Shown piece by piece: positions 18,323 to 28,709 of a stretch of DNA of 64,000 bases. Within the stretch, counting starts at the first letter, position 1, and every line of letters starts with the position of its first letter. This DNA is from Candidatus Gastranaerophilales bacterium. Its GTDB lineage: Bacteria > Cyanobacteriota > Vampirovibrionia > Gastranaerophilales > Gastranaerophilaceae. The notes beneath the pieces were generated by a model, which did no database searches, was not told where the DNA came from, and saw only the letters and a program-made list of their open reading frames with translations. The translations under genes were made by a program, and so were the position numbers. The stretch spans positions 83,379 through 147,378 of the forward strand of contig CAAGHI010000063.1 of assembly GCA_900769645.1 (NCBI GenBank), written 5' to 3'.

Positions 18323-19531
18323 ATGGCAAGAGAAAAGTACGAACGTACCAAACCGCACGTTAACATCGGTACAATTGGCCACGTTGACCACGGTAAAACA
18401 ACATTGACAGCAGCTATTACAGCTGTATTGGCTGCACAAGGACAAGCTGCATTGAAAAAATTCGATGAAATCGATGCTGCTCCAGAGGAAAAAGCAAGAG
18501 GTATTACAATCTCTACTGCTCACGTAGAATACGAAACAGCTACTAGACACTATGCACACGTTGACTGCCCGGGCCACGCTGACTATGTTAAAAACATGAT
18601 TACAGGTGCTGCTCAAATGGACGGAGCTATCTTGGTAGTTGCTGCAACTGATGGTGCTATGCCTCAGACTCGTGAACACATCTTGTTGGCTCGTCAGGTT
18701 GGCGTTCCTAACTTGGTTGTATTCTTGAACAAATGTGATATGGTTGACGATCCTGAATTGTTGGAATTGGTTGAAATGGAAGTTAGAGAACTTCTTTCTT
18801 CATACGAATTCGACGGAGACAACATTCCATTTATCCACGGTTCTGCATTGAAAGCTTTGGAAGCTGCTCAAGCTAACCCTTCAATCGCTCGTGGTCAAGA
18901 TAAATGGGTTGATAAAATTTGGGAATTGATGGACGCTATCGATACTTACTTCCCAACTCCAGAACGTGATTTGGACAAACCATTCTTGATGCCAGTTGAA
19001 GACGTATTCTCAATCACTGGTCGTGGTACAGTTGCTACTGGCCGTGTTGAACGTGGTATCGTTAAAGTTGGTGACGAAGTTGAACTAGTTGGTCTAGGTG
19101 AAACTAAGAAAACAACTGTTACTGGTGTTGAAATGTTCAGAAAATCTCTTGACCAAGGTCAAGCTGGTGACAACATTGGTGCATTGCTTCGTGGCGTTGA
19201 CAAAACTGAAATCCAACGTGGTCAAGTTTTGGCAAAACCTGGTACAATTCACCCTCATACAAAATTCACTGCTAACGTTTACGTATTGACTAAAGAAGAA
19301 GGTGGACGTCACACTCCATTCTTCCCTGGTTACAGACCTCAGTTCTACATCAGAACAACTGACGTAACTGGTTCAATCAAATTTGACGGTCAAATGGTAA
19401 TGCCTGGTGATAACGTTGTAATGGAAGTTGAACTTATCGCTCCAGTTGCAATCGAAGAAGGTATGAGATTTGCAATCCGTGAAGGCGGCCACACAGTTGG
19501 TGCTGGTGTTGTTGACAAAATTATTGAGTAA
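18323..19531 (+). CDS. tuf: Elongation factor Tu
   Basis: [20 protein letters not shown] motifs; 402 aa; [17 protein letters not shown]-terminus. Confidence 0.97.
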   Translation: MAREKYERTKPHVNIGTIGHVDHGKTTLTAAITAVLAAQGQAALKKFDEIDAAPEEKARGITISTAHVEYETATRHYAHVDCPGHADYVKNMITGAAQMDGAILVVAATDGAMPQTREHILLARQVGVPNLVVFLNKCDMVDDPELLELVEMEVRELLSSYEFDGDNIPFIHGSALKALEAAQANPSIARGQDKWVDKIWELMDAIDTYFPTPERDLDKPFLMPVEDVFSITGRGTVATGRVERGIVKVGDEVELVGLGETKKTTVTGVEMFRKSLDQGQAGDNIGALLRGVDKTEIQRGQVLAKPGTIHPHTKFTANVYVLTKEEGGRHTPFFPGYRPQFYIRTTDVTGSIKFDGQMVMPGDNVVMEVELIAPVAIEEGMRFAIREGGHTVGAGVVDKIIE

Positions 19532-19563
19532 TTCAATTTTTAAGACAGCATAAAATAATTGAA

Positions 19564-19596
19564 AAACGAGCTTGGGAACAGGCTCGTTTTTTTTAT
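19564..19596 (+). terminator. Rho-independent terminator after tuf (aaacgagc…gctcgttt, then T8)
   Basis: 8 bp stem followed by TTTTTTTT. Confidence 0.7.
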
Positions 19597-19712
19597 TTTA
19601 AAATTATCTGTATTAAAAGTAACTTAGTAACTTTTTCCAATACGAACTTAACGCCCTATCGCCTTATCGTCTTTTTTAAGTAACATTGTATTAACTTCCT
19701 ATAAAATAAGTC

Positions 19713-19741
19713 TAGACATATCCCAAAAACAGAGTTATAAT
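19713..19741 (+). promoter_or_regulatory. sigma70-like promoter for pilin-like locus 3: -35 TAGACA, 17 nt spacer, -10 TATAAT
   Basis: Consensus -10, near-consensus -35, 17 nt spacing. Confidence 0.5.
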
Positions 19742-19779
19742 AACACATGTATGCACACAAAAAAGAAAGAGAGCTCGAT

Positions 19780-19833
19780 ATGAAAAAATGTAATGAAATG
19801 TTTCGGGGGGGGGGCTCGGAGATACTAGATTAG
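19780..19833 (+). other. Leader sORF (MKKCNEMFRGGGSEILD) reading through the G10 tract, out of frame with the pilin domain
   Basis: Purine-rich RBS GAAAGAGAG before ATG 19780; TAG at 19831-19833. Confidence 0.4.
19805..19814 (+). repeat. Homopolymeric G10 tract, candidate phase-variation site
   Basis: Third G10 in the window, again 43 nt upstream of an A|FTLAEV motif. Confidence 0.8.
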
Positions 19834-19856
19834 CTGCTAAGAAATCTGCGTTTACA

Positions 19857-20888
19857 TTGGCAGAGGTTCTTATCACCCTTGGTATAATCGGTGTTGTTGC
19901 GGCGATTACATTGCCTGTTTTGTTGAGCAATGTTGATCAAAAGGTTAAGGCGGAACGCGTTACGAATATTAAACAAAAACTCAGCAAGGTTACTGACAAA
20001 ATGGCTGTGCAGAGTGGACTTATTGGGTATGACAGCACAGATGCGTTTGTAAAAGAAATGCAAAGACACATGAAAATCGCCAAAGTTTGTGATAACGCCC
20101 ATCTCGACGATTGTTGGCCTTCAAAAGAGGTTACTTTGGACGATGAAGGTAAATCTTGGGAGATTTCAAAAACAAAGACTGCCAAGACTTTGAAGGTGGC
20201 AAAAGCTGACGGAGATGACTGGTCAGATACAGTCGGAATTGTGACGGGTGATGGAGCAGCAATGATTTTGAGCTACAACAAAGGCTGTACATTCGACATT
20301 GATAAAGAAGGTTTGAAATCCGGCGATAGTAAGGGTTCAAATTCGAATTCTTTAAACTGCATTGCAGGAGTTTTTGATTGGAATGGCGGTAAAAAGCCGA
20401 ATAAGTTAGCAAAACTTGAAGGAAATTCAAATGGCGATGTTTTGATATTCGGAAAAGCAAGCGGTTTGGGTTCAGAATGTTCAATTGAGTTAGGCGGGAA
20501 ATGCCTTACAGCTCCATTCACTCCAAGCCCATTAACAAAAGCTGAATGCGAAGCAGAAAAAATATCCGGTTGCTTCTATGAACGAGACTACTGGGCTGGA
20601 GCTGTAAAACAATGTGGTGGAGTATCTAAAATGCCAACTTATGATGATTTAGCAAAACTAGCAACAGAACTCTACAAAGGTAACCCAAAAGTTGGGAAGA
20701 ATACTATATTTAATAGTCGAATATTTCAATTAGACACCTCAAAAGCCGCATCTCTGGGCTTTACCGGTTCGCCTTTCTATGTTTGGTCGGGTGAATCGCA
20801 ATGGACCCGTGGCTTCTATAAAGATGGCACGGGTTGGGACAACTACCACGGCGGCAGTACGATTCAGGCGGTTTGTGTCGGTGAATAG
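19857..20888 (+). CDS. Pilin-like protein with prepilin-type N-terminal domain (KKSA|FTLAEVLITLGIIGVVAAITLP), paralog 3. ATG 19780 is fused by a +1 G
   Basis: The pilin frame is open from 19797 with no ATG/GTG/TTG before the FTL codons; Cys-rich C-terminus with an NGGKKPNK motif. Confidence 0.6.
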   Translation: MAEVLITLGIIGVVAAITLPVLLSNVDQKVKAERVTNIKQKLSKVTDKMAVQSGLIGYDSTDAFVKEMQRHMKIAKVCDNAHLDDCWPSKEVTLDDEGKSWEISKTKTAKTLKVAKADGDDWSDTVGIVTGDGAAMILSYNKGCTFDIDKEGLKSGDSKGSNSNSLNCIAGVFDWNGGKKPNKLAKLEGNSNGDVLIFGKASGLGSECSIELGGKCLTAPFTPSPLTKAECEAEKISGCFYERDYWAGAVKQCGGVSKMPTYDDLAKLATELYKGNPKVGKNTIFNSRIFQLDTSKAASLGFTGSPFYVWSGESQWTRGFYKDGTGWDNYHGGSTIQAVCVGE

Positions 20889-20985
20889 CTTAATCATTTC
20901 ATAATTTAATCATTTAGCGACTCAAAATCAGACATAGCTGCAAATGATAAAATATGTGGATATTGGTGTAAATACAATAAAAAAT

Positions 20986-21035
20986 AATAGGCGGATAAAT
21001 TTCGAGCAAGAAATTATTCGCCTATTTTGTTTTTC
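20986..21035 (+). terminator. Terminator-like hairpin (aataggcg…cgcctatt, then ttgttttt)
   Basis: 8 bp stem, 25 nt loop, T-rich tail. Confidence 0.4.
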
Positions 21036-21107
21036 TTTAATAGTAGTTATATAACATCTCGACAAAACGAAAAAAATGTAGTATAATCATTTCAAAAGAG
21101 GATTATT

Positions 21108-21698
21108 ATGAGAGAATTGTTAGAAAAAGATAGAAAAATTACAGTAGTGCCGGCAGATTTTAAATGTGCGAATAAAGGGACTATAATTGATGTTGAACCG
21201 AGATATTTTACTGTTGAGTTGGAATATGAACCGCAAGGTATGATGCGTCATAATTACTGTGAGTTTTATACGCAAACTTCTCATGGAACTTTGTATTTTG
21301 ATTCTTTCCCTGAAACAATTGAGGGGAAAAAGGTTAAGATTGCAACTCCGGCAAAGCATAAATTTCTTCAAAGACGTCAGTACACTCGTATCAAATACGT
21401 TTATGATTTGGATTTGAAATGCGGAGATGATGTTAAAAAGGTTACAACTCTTGATGTTTCTGCAGGTGGTATGAAATTCCGCACGAATGACAATATCAAC
21501 ATTGAAGCAGAGTATTCAATTTCTTTGCCGTTGTCTGAAAAACAAACTGTTGACTGCAAATTTAGCCCGATAAGAATTGAAAAAAATGAAAACGGTGGAT
21601 ATACCGTTTCTGGAAGATTTGAGTATCATAACAGTATTGACAAGATGACTCTTACTCAGTTTTGTACAAAAAGAAGTATCGAGATAAAAAATAAATAG
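21108..21698 (+). CDS. PilZ-domain c-di-GMP receptor (YcgR-like architecture)
   Basis: RxxxR (RRQYTR) and DxSxGG (DVSAGGM) motifs ~22 aa apart; N-terminal ~85 aa domain. Confidence 0.65.
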   Translation: MRELLEKDRKITVVPADFKCANKGTIIDVEPRYFTVELEYEPQGMMRHNYCEFYTQTSHGTLYFDSFPETIEGKKVKIATPAKHKFLQRRQYTRIKYVYDLDLKCGDDVKKVTTLDVSAGGMKFRTNDNINIEAEYSISLPLSEKQTVDCKFSPIRIEKNENGGYTVSGRFEYHNSIDKMTLTQFCTKRSIEIKNK

Positions 21699-21700
21699 TT

Positions 21701-22726
21701 ATGAGTCTTATCCAGTTATTGAGAAAACAAAATCGAAAATATTTGTTTACTACTCCATCGCACAACCAGAAATATTTTATTTTTAATAAATTAAGAAATT
21801 TTTATAAATACGATATTTCAGAAACAGATGCACAAGATCCACAAACAGCGTTGGCTCAAGCAGAAAAAAGTGCTACAAAGATTTATGGGACGTGTCATAC
21901 TCATTTTTTGACAAATGGTTCGACAAGTGGTGTTATTGCAGCTGTTTTGACATGTTGCAATAAGGGGGATAAGGTTTTGTTATGGCGAAATTCTCACCCT
22001 TGTCATTTGAACGCAGTGAAACTTGCCGGTTGTGAACCTGTTTTTTATGATTTACCGATAGATAAAGAGTGGGGAATTCCTCAAAAGACAACACCTGAAC
22101 TTGTTGATGTAAAAGGTGTGAAGGCTGTAATTGTGACGTCTCCGAGTTATGAGGGAATTATCTCTGATGTTGAAAAAATCAAGGAGATTTGTCGAAATAA
22201 TGGTGCTTACTTGATTATTGATGAGGCGCATGGAGCGCTTTATCCTTTTTCTGATAAATTGCCTCAAAGTGCTGTAAATATCGCAGATTTCACCATTCAA
22301 TCTTTGCATAAGACTGCAGGCGGGCTTAATCCGACGGCGCTTTTGCATGTAAATTGTGATTGTGATGCATCAAATGCGCTTTCGATGATAAATACAACAT
22401 CTCCATCATATCCGCTTTTGGCGTCGATTGAGGCGAATATTAACTTTTTGAATTCAAGAAGAGGTCGTAAAAAAATCGAAACTCTGATTTCTTTAATAGA
22501 AGAGATAAAAAATTCGACAAATAATGTTGAATTTGGCGGTGATGATGTCACAAAAATTTTAATTAAGAAGTCTGGTATGATAGGTTTTGAGCTGTCTGAA
22601 AAACTTTTTGACGAATTTGATATTGAAGATGAAAAAACAAACGAAGTTTCGACAATGCTTCTTTGCGGAATTGGAACGACTGAGGCAAAATTGAAAAAAC
22701 TTTCGCATGCACTTAAAAAGATTTAG
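21701..22726 (+). CDS. PLP-dependent Orn/Lys/Arg decarboxylase family protein (short form)
   Basis: THFLTNGSTSGVIAAVL, IIDEAHGA, SLHKTAGGL (PLP-binding Lys). Confidence 0.6.
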   Translation: MSLIQLLRKQNRKYLFTTPSHNQKYFIFNKLRNFYKYDISETDAQDPQTALAQAEKSATKIYGTCHTHFLTNGSTSGVIAAVLTCCNKGDKVLLWRNSHPCHLNAVKLAGCEPVFYDLPIDKEWGIPQKTTPELVDVKGVKAVIVTSPSYEGIISDVEKIKEICRNNGAYLIIDEAHGALYPFSDKLPQSAVNIADFTIQSLHKTAGGLNPTALLHVNCDCDASNALSMINTTSPSYPLLASIEANINFLNSRRGRKKIETLISLIEEIKNSTNNVEFGGDDVTKILIKKSGMIGFELSEKLFDEFDIEDEKTNEVSTMLLCGIGTTEAKLKKLSHALKKI

Positions 22727-22738
22727 GTCAAATTCTGA

Positions 22739-25135
22739 TTAAATATCGAGATCTGAAAACAAGGTGAGAGATGTGATTTCTTTTAGTTTTGGGTATTCGT
22801 CAATTTTGTGGAATTTTACAAAATCAATCGCTTCTGCTCTTGCTGTTTCAAGAATTTTTGCGTCACGAACAATATCTGAAATAATCAAATCCGGCAAGCC
22901 ACTTTGACGAGTTCCGAGAAATTCCCCGGGACCTCTGAGTTGCAAATCTTTTTCAGCAATAACAAAACCGTCATTGGTTTGCGTCATAATATTCAGACGC
23001 TCTCTTGTTTCTTGCGATTTTGTTGAAGTGTGCAAAATGCAGTAGGATTGCAGACTGTTACGCCCGACACGTCCTCTTAGCTGGTGAAGTTGCGACAAGC
23101 CAAACCTTTCGGCGTTTTCAATCAGCATAACAGTTGCATTCGGAACGTCAACCCCAACTTCTACAACGGTTGTGGAAACAAGAATGTCATATTTTTTATT
23201 TTTGAAATCCACCATTACTTGCTCTTTTTCGTCATTTTTGAGTTTCCCGTGAAGAAGTCCGATTTTGAATTGCGGAAAAACTTCATTTTGAAGTCGCTCG
23301 GCTTCAATAGTTGCAGCTTTTGCAGATAGTGTTTCACTCTCTTCAATTAGCGGATAGACAACGTAGGCTTGGCGTCCAACCTCAATTTCTCGTTGAATAA
23401 GGTCGTAAACACCTCTGTGAGAAGTTACGAGCGATGTTTTTATCGGTTTTCTTCCTTTTGGAAGTTCGTCGATAATTGTCAAATCCAGATCGCCGTGGAC
23501 TGTGAGTGCCAATGTCCTTGGAATTGGAGTCGCTGTCATAGTAAGCATTTGCGGATTTTGCGATTTCTTTTTTAAGACATTTCTTTGTTTTACGCCAAAT
23601 CTGTGCTGTTCATCGACTACTATTGCGCCAAGGTTGTAAAAATCGACGTCATTTTGAATTAGTGCGTGAGTTCCGACAGCGATGTTCATTTGTCCGTTGC
23701 GTAAGTCTGTGCGGAATTTTTCACGAACTTTTTTACCTTGACTACCAAGGAAAAGACCAACGCTTATGCCCATTGGAGTGAGCCATTGTTGAAGGTTATT
23801 GTAATGTTGTTGCGCAAGGATTTCTGTCGGAGCCATAAGTGCGCCTTGGTAACCATTTTCAACTCCGGCAAGTAGCATAATTGTTGCGACGACTGTTTTT
23901 CCGCTACCAACATCGCCTTGTAATAGTCTTGCCATAGGAATATCAGAGTTTAAATCTGCCAAAATCTCATTTACTGCACGCTTTTGAGCCCCTGTAAGTT
24001 CAAACGGTAAGCTGTCTATAAATTGATGCACAAGTCCTTTTTCTTTAATTTTTAAGGCAAGCGCAGAGTGATTTGCGGAGTTTTGCTCTCTCAGACGGAC
24101 AAGCTTAAGTTGTATCAAGAAAAGTTCTTCAAAAATAAGTGAAAATCGTGCTTGTTCTAGCAGCTCTTGGCTTTCTGGAAAATGAATTTGTTCAACTGCA
24201 ACTTTTTTGTCAAGAATTCCAAGTTTTTCCCGTATAAAATCCGGAATTACATTTGTGATTTCATTTTTGTAAGTCTGAATAGCGTTGAAAATAGCACGAC
24301 GTAAAACTTTTATACTCAAATCCTCACAGACTGTGTAAATTGGGACAATTCTTGCGATATTCAAATTTGAATTTTGGTTTTCCAAAAACTCGCCTGTCAT
24401 AATTGAATAGGTCGGTTTGTCAAACGTCAATTTGCCGTCGTAATTGTTTCGTTTAACCTTGCCGGAGAGCATAATTCCGGCGTTTACGGGGAATTGTGCT
24501 TTTGTCCTTTCAAGCATAAATCGGTTTGATTTCGCTTGGAAAAAGCTTAAATCAAGTCGACCACTTTCGTCAGCAACAGCAACTTTTACAACTGATAATT
24601 TCTTTTGAGTATTGAACGCGGATACTGATTTGATGTAGCCGAAAACGGTTGTGGTTTCTCCTTCTTTAAGGTCTCGAATTAAGGTTCTTGATGAGTAATC
24701 AATGTGCTTTTTCGGAAAATACATCATCAAATCTTGAACGGTATAAATGCCGAGTTTGTTGAGTTTGTAAGCTATTTTAGGTCCGACACCTTTCATATAC
24801 ATTACATCTGTTTCGGCAGCGGATTTTAGATGTTGAGTGTGAGTTTGACAGCTATCAGTTTCTTGCTCGTTGTTTTTAGCTTTTGCTTCTGATGTAAGAA
24901 CTCGAATTAGGTTGTCAATGCTCTTTCTTCGCTCATTTACGCCCGCAAATGGGTAGTGCTCAAATGCTTCTGCAATAACCGCCCATTTAGGATTTTTTTT
25001 CGAAAGTTTATAATACTTTTTTGCTTCATTCTTTATAAAGGTCGAAAAAGCTTGTGTTTTACCATGAATATCAATATATTTGTATTGAATTTCTATTTCA
25101 ATCGCTTTTTTTAATTGTTCAATATTTTCAATCAT
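22739..25135 (-). CDS. recG: ATP-dependent DNA helicase RecG (long N-terminal extension with an HhH-like motif)
   Basis: GDVGSGKT Walker A, DEQHRFGV, helicase C-terminal motifs; 798 aa. Confidence 0.85.
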   Translation of the reverse strand: MIENIEQLKKAIEIEIQYKYIDIHGKTQAFSTFIKNEAKKYYKLSKKNPKWAVIAEAFEHYPFAGVNERRKSIDNLIRVLTSEAKAKNNEQETDSCQTHTQHLKSAAETDVMYMKGVGPKIAYKLNKLGIYTVQDLMMYFPKKHIDYSSRTLIRDLKEGETTTVFGYIKSVSAFNTQKKLSVVKVAVADESGRLDLSFFQAKSNRFMLERTKAQFPVNAGIMLSGKVKRNNYDGKLTFDKPTYSIMTGEFLENQNSNLNIARIVPIYTVCEDLSIKVLRRAIFNAIQTYKNEITNVIPDFIREKLGILDKKVAVEQIHFPESQELLEQARFSLIFEELFLIQLKLVRLREQNSANHSALALKIKEKGLVHQFIDSLPFELTGAQKRAVNEILADLNSDIPMARLLQGDVGSGKTVVATIMLLAGVENGYQGALMAPTEILAQQHYNNLQQWLTPMGISVGLFLGSQGKKVREKFRTDLRNGQMNIAVGTHALIQNDVDFYNLGAIVVDEQHRFGVKQRNVLKKKSQNPQMLTMTATPIPRTLALTVHGDLDLTIIDELPKGRKPIKTSLVTSHRGVYDLIQREIEVGRQAYVVYPLIEESETLSAKAATIEAERLQNEVFPQFKIGLLHGKLKNDEKEQVMVDFKNKKYDILVSTTVVEVGVDVPNATVMLIENAERFGLSQLHQLRGRVGRNSLQSYCILHTSTKSQETRERLNIMTQTNDGFVIAEKDLQLRGPGEFLGTRQSGLPDLIISDIVRDAKILETARAEAIDFVKFHKIDEYPKLKEITSLTLFSDLDI

Positions 25136-25138
25136 AAT

Positions 25139-27094
25139 CTATTCGCTAAGCTTCAAAACCTCGTAAATATCCATCTTTTTGGCTTTCCCACGAATTGTAA
25201 CATCTGCAATCTTGATTACATCAACGATATCGGCAACGCAAGAATATGTTGAACTGCTGATAAGCATATTTGTTTTGTAAACCTTGTTGTAGCTTTCAAT
25301 ACGGCTTGCAAGGTTTACCATATCCCCGATAACGGTGTATTCAAGACGTTTTTCGGAGCCAATGTTTCCGACAAACGCTTCTCCTGTGTTAATACCAATA
25401 CCGATTTCGATTTTTGGTTTGCCTTCTGCAAGCCATTTGTCTTGAAGCTGATCTACTTTTTTAAGCATATCACAAGCACATCTGACTGCATTTTGCGGGT
25501 GATTGATATCCTGAATAGGTTCCCCAAAAATCGCCATAACCGCATCTCCGATAAATTTGTTGATTACGCCATTATATTTTGTGATAATTGGTTCCACCTC
25601 AGAAAAATATTCGTTCAAAATTACAGAAACTTCTTCTGCGGTCATCTTTTCACTCATACTTGTAAATCCTCTGATATCGGCAAAAAGAACTGTTACGTTT
25701 GCTTTTTTACCACCGAGTTTGATGTCATCGATATTTTGAACAACGTTTTTCATAATATCTTGCGAAAGATATTTCCCCATTGCATTTTTGATTTTTTCTT
25801 TATTTCTGCCTTCCAGAATAAATCTGTATGAGTATCCAAAAATCATTGTGCTTAACTGAACTGCAAGCGGTGTAATTACAAGTGGTACGACGTTGTTGTT
25901 GAAACAGATTATACAGAAGATAAAGTATAATATTGAAATCCCGATTAATGTGAACAGTGATGGCAAAAATGCCATAAATCTAATGATAGCGAAGGTTATA
26001 GCTGATAATAGAACAATTGTTAAAATGTTTACAAGTCCGTTGAATTCTGTCATAAACTGGTTGTTTAAGAAGTTATCAAGGATTGTTGCCTGAATATCCA
26101 CCCCAGGGTGTTTTGTGGCGGTTACGGTTTTCAAAACGTCCTCGACAGCAAGCGCATTTGCGCCTACAAATATAATTTTGTCGTCAAATTCTTTTGGCGA
26201 AATTATTGGCTTTTTACCTTGTTTTATGAGTCTGTCAGAGTTTATTATGTCGATTGCGGAGTAGGTTTTGTGAGTGTATTCGCTGTTCGGTAGAAATTTG
26301 CAGAATTTTATTCTATGTCTGATGTCGCCGTTTGTGTTGAATACAGGGATTTTTAACCCAGTTTTGTCAACAAAAAGATATTTGTTTGTTAGGGTTAATT
26401 TGTTGGTTTTATTTGCCATCATATAGGCTTTTAGAGCCAGTGACGGGTAATAATTGTCGTTATAACTGATTAAGTCTGTGGCATCTCGTAAAACTCCATC
26501 GACTGAATTTAGTGTTAAATTCACGGAGCCAATATTTTCTTGTGCGTCAAAATAAGCTTTAGGGAACATCGTTAAACTGTTATAACTGCTGTATCTTGAA
26601 TTGTTTTTGGTTCTTTTGTCGGCAATATCGATAGAGAACTTATGTTGAAAAGCTTCGTCGTAAGTTGTGCCGAGTTCAGGGTTTTCGTAAAGTGCCGGAA
26701 GCGCCATATAGCCCCCGATGTAGTTGTCGGAATTTTTTACGACATCAAAGAAATAATTATCAGAGCTTGGTGGGTTGTTTTTGTCTAAGTTGCTTAAAAT
26801 TGAGTCAAAAACAACGACCTTTGCGTTTGTGTATTTGTTTAGGTAGTCAAAAACTTCTCCATACAAGGATCTTGCCCAAGGCCATCTGTAGCTGTCTATG
26901 GATTTGTTATCAATAATAATTAGTGATATCTCGTCAGAACCCTTCATTGTTGAGTCTGTGAGGTTTGTCATTGTGTCATAAATCGGACTTTCCCAAAGGT
27001 TTACTGATATAAATGCAATTATCAAAACCAAAAATATGTGTACAAAAATTGATTTTATAAAAAAAGTTTTTCCTTTAAAAATTTTCATATTCAA
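25139..27094 (-). CDS. Membrane adenylate/guanylate cyclase with a CHASE2 sensor domain
   Basis: Signal/TM, CHASE2-like extracytoplasmic domain, 3-4 TMs, class III cyclase domain (VTVLFADIRGFT…FIGDAVMAIFG). Confidence 0.7.
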   Translation of the reverse strand: MNMKIFKGKTFFIKSIFVHIFLVLIIAFISVNLWESPIYDTMTNLTDSTMKGSDEISLIIIDNKSIDSYRWPWARSLYGEVFDYLNKYTNAKVVVFDSILSNLDKNNPPSSDNYFFDVVKNSDNYIGGYMALPALYENPELGTTYDEAFQHKFSIDIADKRTKNNSRYSSYNSLTMFPKAYFDAQENIGSVNLTLNSVDGVLRDATDLISYNDNYYPSLALKAYMMANKTNKLTLTNKYLFVDKTGLKIPVFNTNGDIRHRIKFCKFLPNSEYTHKTYSAIDIINSDRLIKQGKKPIISPKEFDDKIIFVGANALAVEDVLKTVTATKHPGVDIQATILDNFLNNQFMTEFNGLVNILTIVLLSAITFAIIRFMAFLPSLFTLIGISILYFIFCIICFNNNVVPLVITPLAVQLSTMIFGYSYRFILEGRNKEKIKNAMGKYLSQDIMKNVVQNIDDIKLGGKKANVTVLFADIRGFTSMSEKMTAEEVSVILNEYFSEVEPIITKYNGVINKFIGDAVMAIFGEPIQDINHPQNAVRCACDMLKKVDQLQDKWLAEGKPKIEIGIGINTGEAFVGNIGSEKRLEYTVIGDMVNLASRIESYNKVYKTNMLISSSTYSCVADIVDVIKIADVTIRGKAKKMDIYEVLKLSE

Positions 27095-27153
27095 TTATCC
27101 CTAATTATCCCTTTTATTTTATGATATAATAAATTTGTAAAAAAGGATAGTTT

Positions 27154-27765
27154 ATGAAAGAAAATTTAATCAAACTTTTATCACAAGAAAAAATATTACC
27201 GATACTTAGAAGCAATGACGCTCAAACAGTAATAGATTGGGCGAATGCGTTAATTGAGGGCGGTGTTAAAATTTTAGAAATAAATGCTCAAAATCCGTCG
27301 ATTTACAAAGCAATTTCAGAAATTTCAAAGCATGCTATTGTTTGTGCAGGTGGAATTATTACCGCAATGCAGGCTGAGGCATCAATTGAATCCGGTGCAA
27401 AGATTTTGTCATCACCGATTTTTTCAAAGAATTTAGTAAAAATTTCTAAGGACAAAGAAATTCCTTATATTGCAGAAACATCTACGGCAAACGAGGCTTA
27501 TAACGCTTGGAAAGCACGTATTCCGCTTATAAAAATTTATCCGATTACGGCTATGGGCGGAGCGATGTATGTTGAGGATTTGTTGAGACCTATGCCGTTT
27601 TTGAACGTAATGCCTTTAGGAAGTGTAAAGTTGGACGAAGTTCATACATATATTAAAGCTGGCGCAACTTGTGTTGGTGTTGGGCGTGATTTTTATGATG
27701 GATATTCTTTGTCTGAAATTACATCTCGTGCAAAACGAGTTTTGGGCGAATTGAAAGGTGAGTAA
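27154..27765 (+). CDS. eda: KDPG/KHG aldolase
   Basis: ~200 aa TIM-barrel aldolase pattern (ILPILR, AGG); adjacent PfkB kinase. Confidence 0.65.
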   Translation: MKENLIKLLSQEKILPILRSNDAQTVIDWANALIEGGVKILEINAQNPSIYKAISEISKHAIVCAGGIITAMQAEASIESGAKILSSPIFSKNLVKISKDKEIPYIAETSTANEAYNAWKARIPLIKIYPITAMGGAMYVEDLLRPMPFLNVMPLGSVKLDEVHTYIKAGATCVGVGRDFYDGYSLSEITSRAKRVLGELKGE

Positions 27766-28709
27766 TGGACGAAAAGCTTGATATCGTTGCAATTGGCGAA
27801 TGCTTAATCGAATTATCTGCAAATACCAAGATGGCTGATGCAGAATGTTTGTATAAGTACTATGGCGGAGATGCTTTGGCAACGGCAGTTGCAGCTCTTC
27901 GAATGGGTGCAAAGGTCGGGTTTATCACTCGTGTCGGCAATGACTCGTTTAAGGATTATTTGCTAGATGGTTGGCACAGTGAAGGGCTTGATATTTCTCA
28001 GGTAAAAATTTCTAATGAGCCAAATGGCTTGTATATTATTGCAAGACCATCGTGTGCCGAAAAAGAGATTGCTGTTTACAGGAAGAAAATTGCTCCGTCT
28101 AAGCTTGCTTTGGAAGATATCAATGAAGACTATATTAAAAATGTCGGAATTGTTTATGCATCAGGGGTGACTCAATCCCTTTCTCCGTCTGCTTGTGAGG
28201 CGGTTGAATATGCGTTTAAGTTGGCAAAAGATAATAGTGTAAGAACTGCTTATGATCCAAATTATCATTCAGCGTTGACAACGGCAGATGATGCGAAAGA
28301 AGCGTTTTTCAGGGTTGTTCCGTATGTTGATATTTTGTTTATGAATACAAAACAGGATTCTGTAAATATTCTTGAGATTGATTCTTATGAAAATATTATC
28401 AAACGCCTTTGGGATATGGGAATTTCAACAGTTGTCTTGAAATCTGCGGAAAAACAAGGGTATTACACCGGTTATAATGGCAATATCAATTTTACAAGCT
28501 TTTATACGACGGAATGTCTTGATACGACTTGCTCCGGCGATGCTTTCAATGGTGGATTTTTGTATGCGTTGACTCATGGATTTACTGAATTTGAAGCTGC
28601 AAAATTTGCATCAATTGTTGCCGGACTTCAAGCAAAGGGTATTGGTGCGATTAAATCAATTCCTTATAGAGATGTTGTTTATTCAATTTATAGAGGTAAC
28701 AATGGTTAA
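27765..28709 (+). CDS. kdgK: PfkB-family sugar kinase, probably 2-dehydro-3-deoxygluconokinase
   Basis: N-terminal DIVAIGECLIEL and C-terminal DTTCSGDAFNGGFLYAL PfkB signatures; operon with eda. Confidence 0.65.
   Translation: MDEKLDIVAIGECLIELSANTKMADAECLYKYYGGDALATAVAALRMGAKVGFITRVGNDSFKDYLLDGWHSEGLDISQVKISNEPNGLYIIARPSCAEKEIAVYRKKIAPSKLALEDINEDYIKNVGIVYASGVTQSLSPSACEAVEYAFKLAKDNSVRTAYDPNYHSALTTADDAKEAFFRVVPYVDILFMNTKQDSVNILEIDSYENIIKRLWDMGISTVVLKSAEKQGYYTGYNGNINFTSFYTTECLDTTCSGDAFNGGFLYALTHGFTEFEAAKFASIVAGLQAKGIGAIKSIPYRDVVYSIYRGNNG

Noticed and set aside
18164-18679. 171-aa minus-strand ORF
   Set aside because: It is antisense to the tuf 5' end and upstream repeat; Cys/Ser-rich junk translation.
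22739-23100. Possible separate gene within the long recG ORF
   Set aside because: Helicase motifs are continuous with the C-terminal region; the extra length is at the N-terminus (25135 side), not here.
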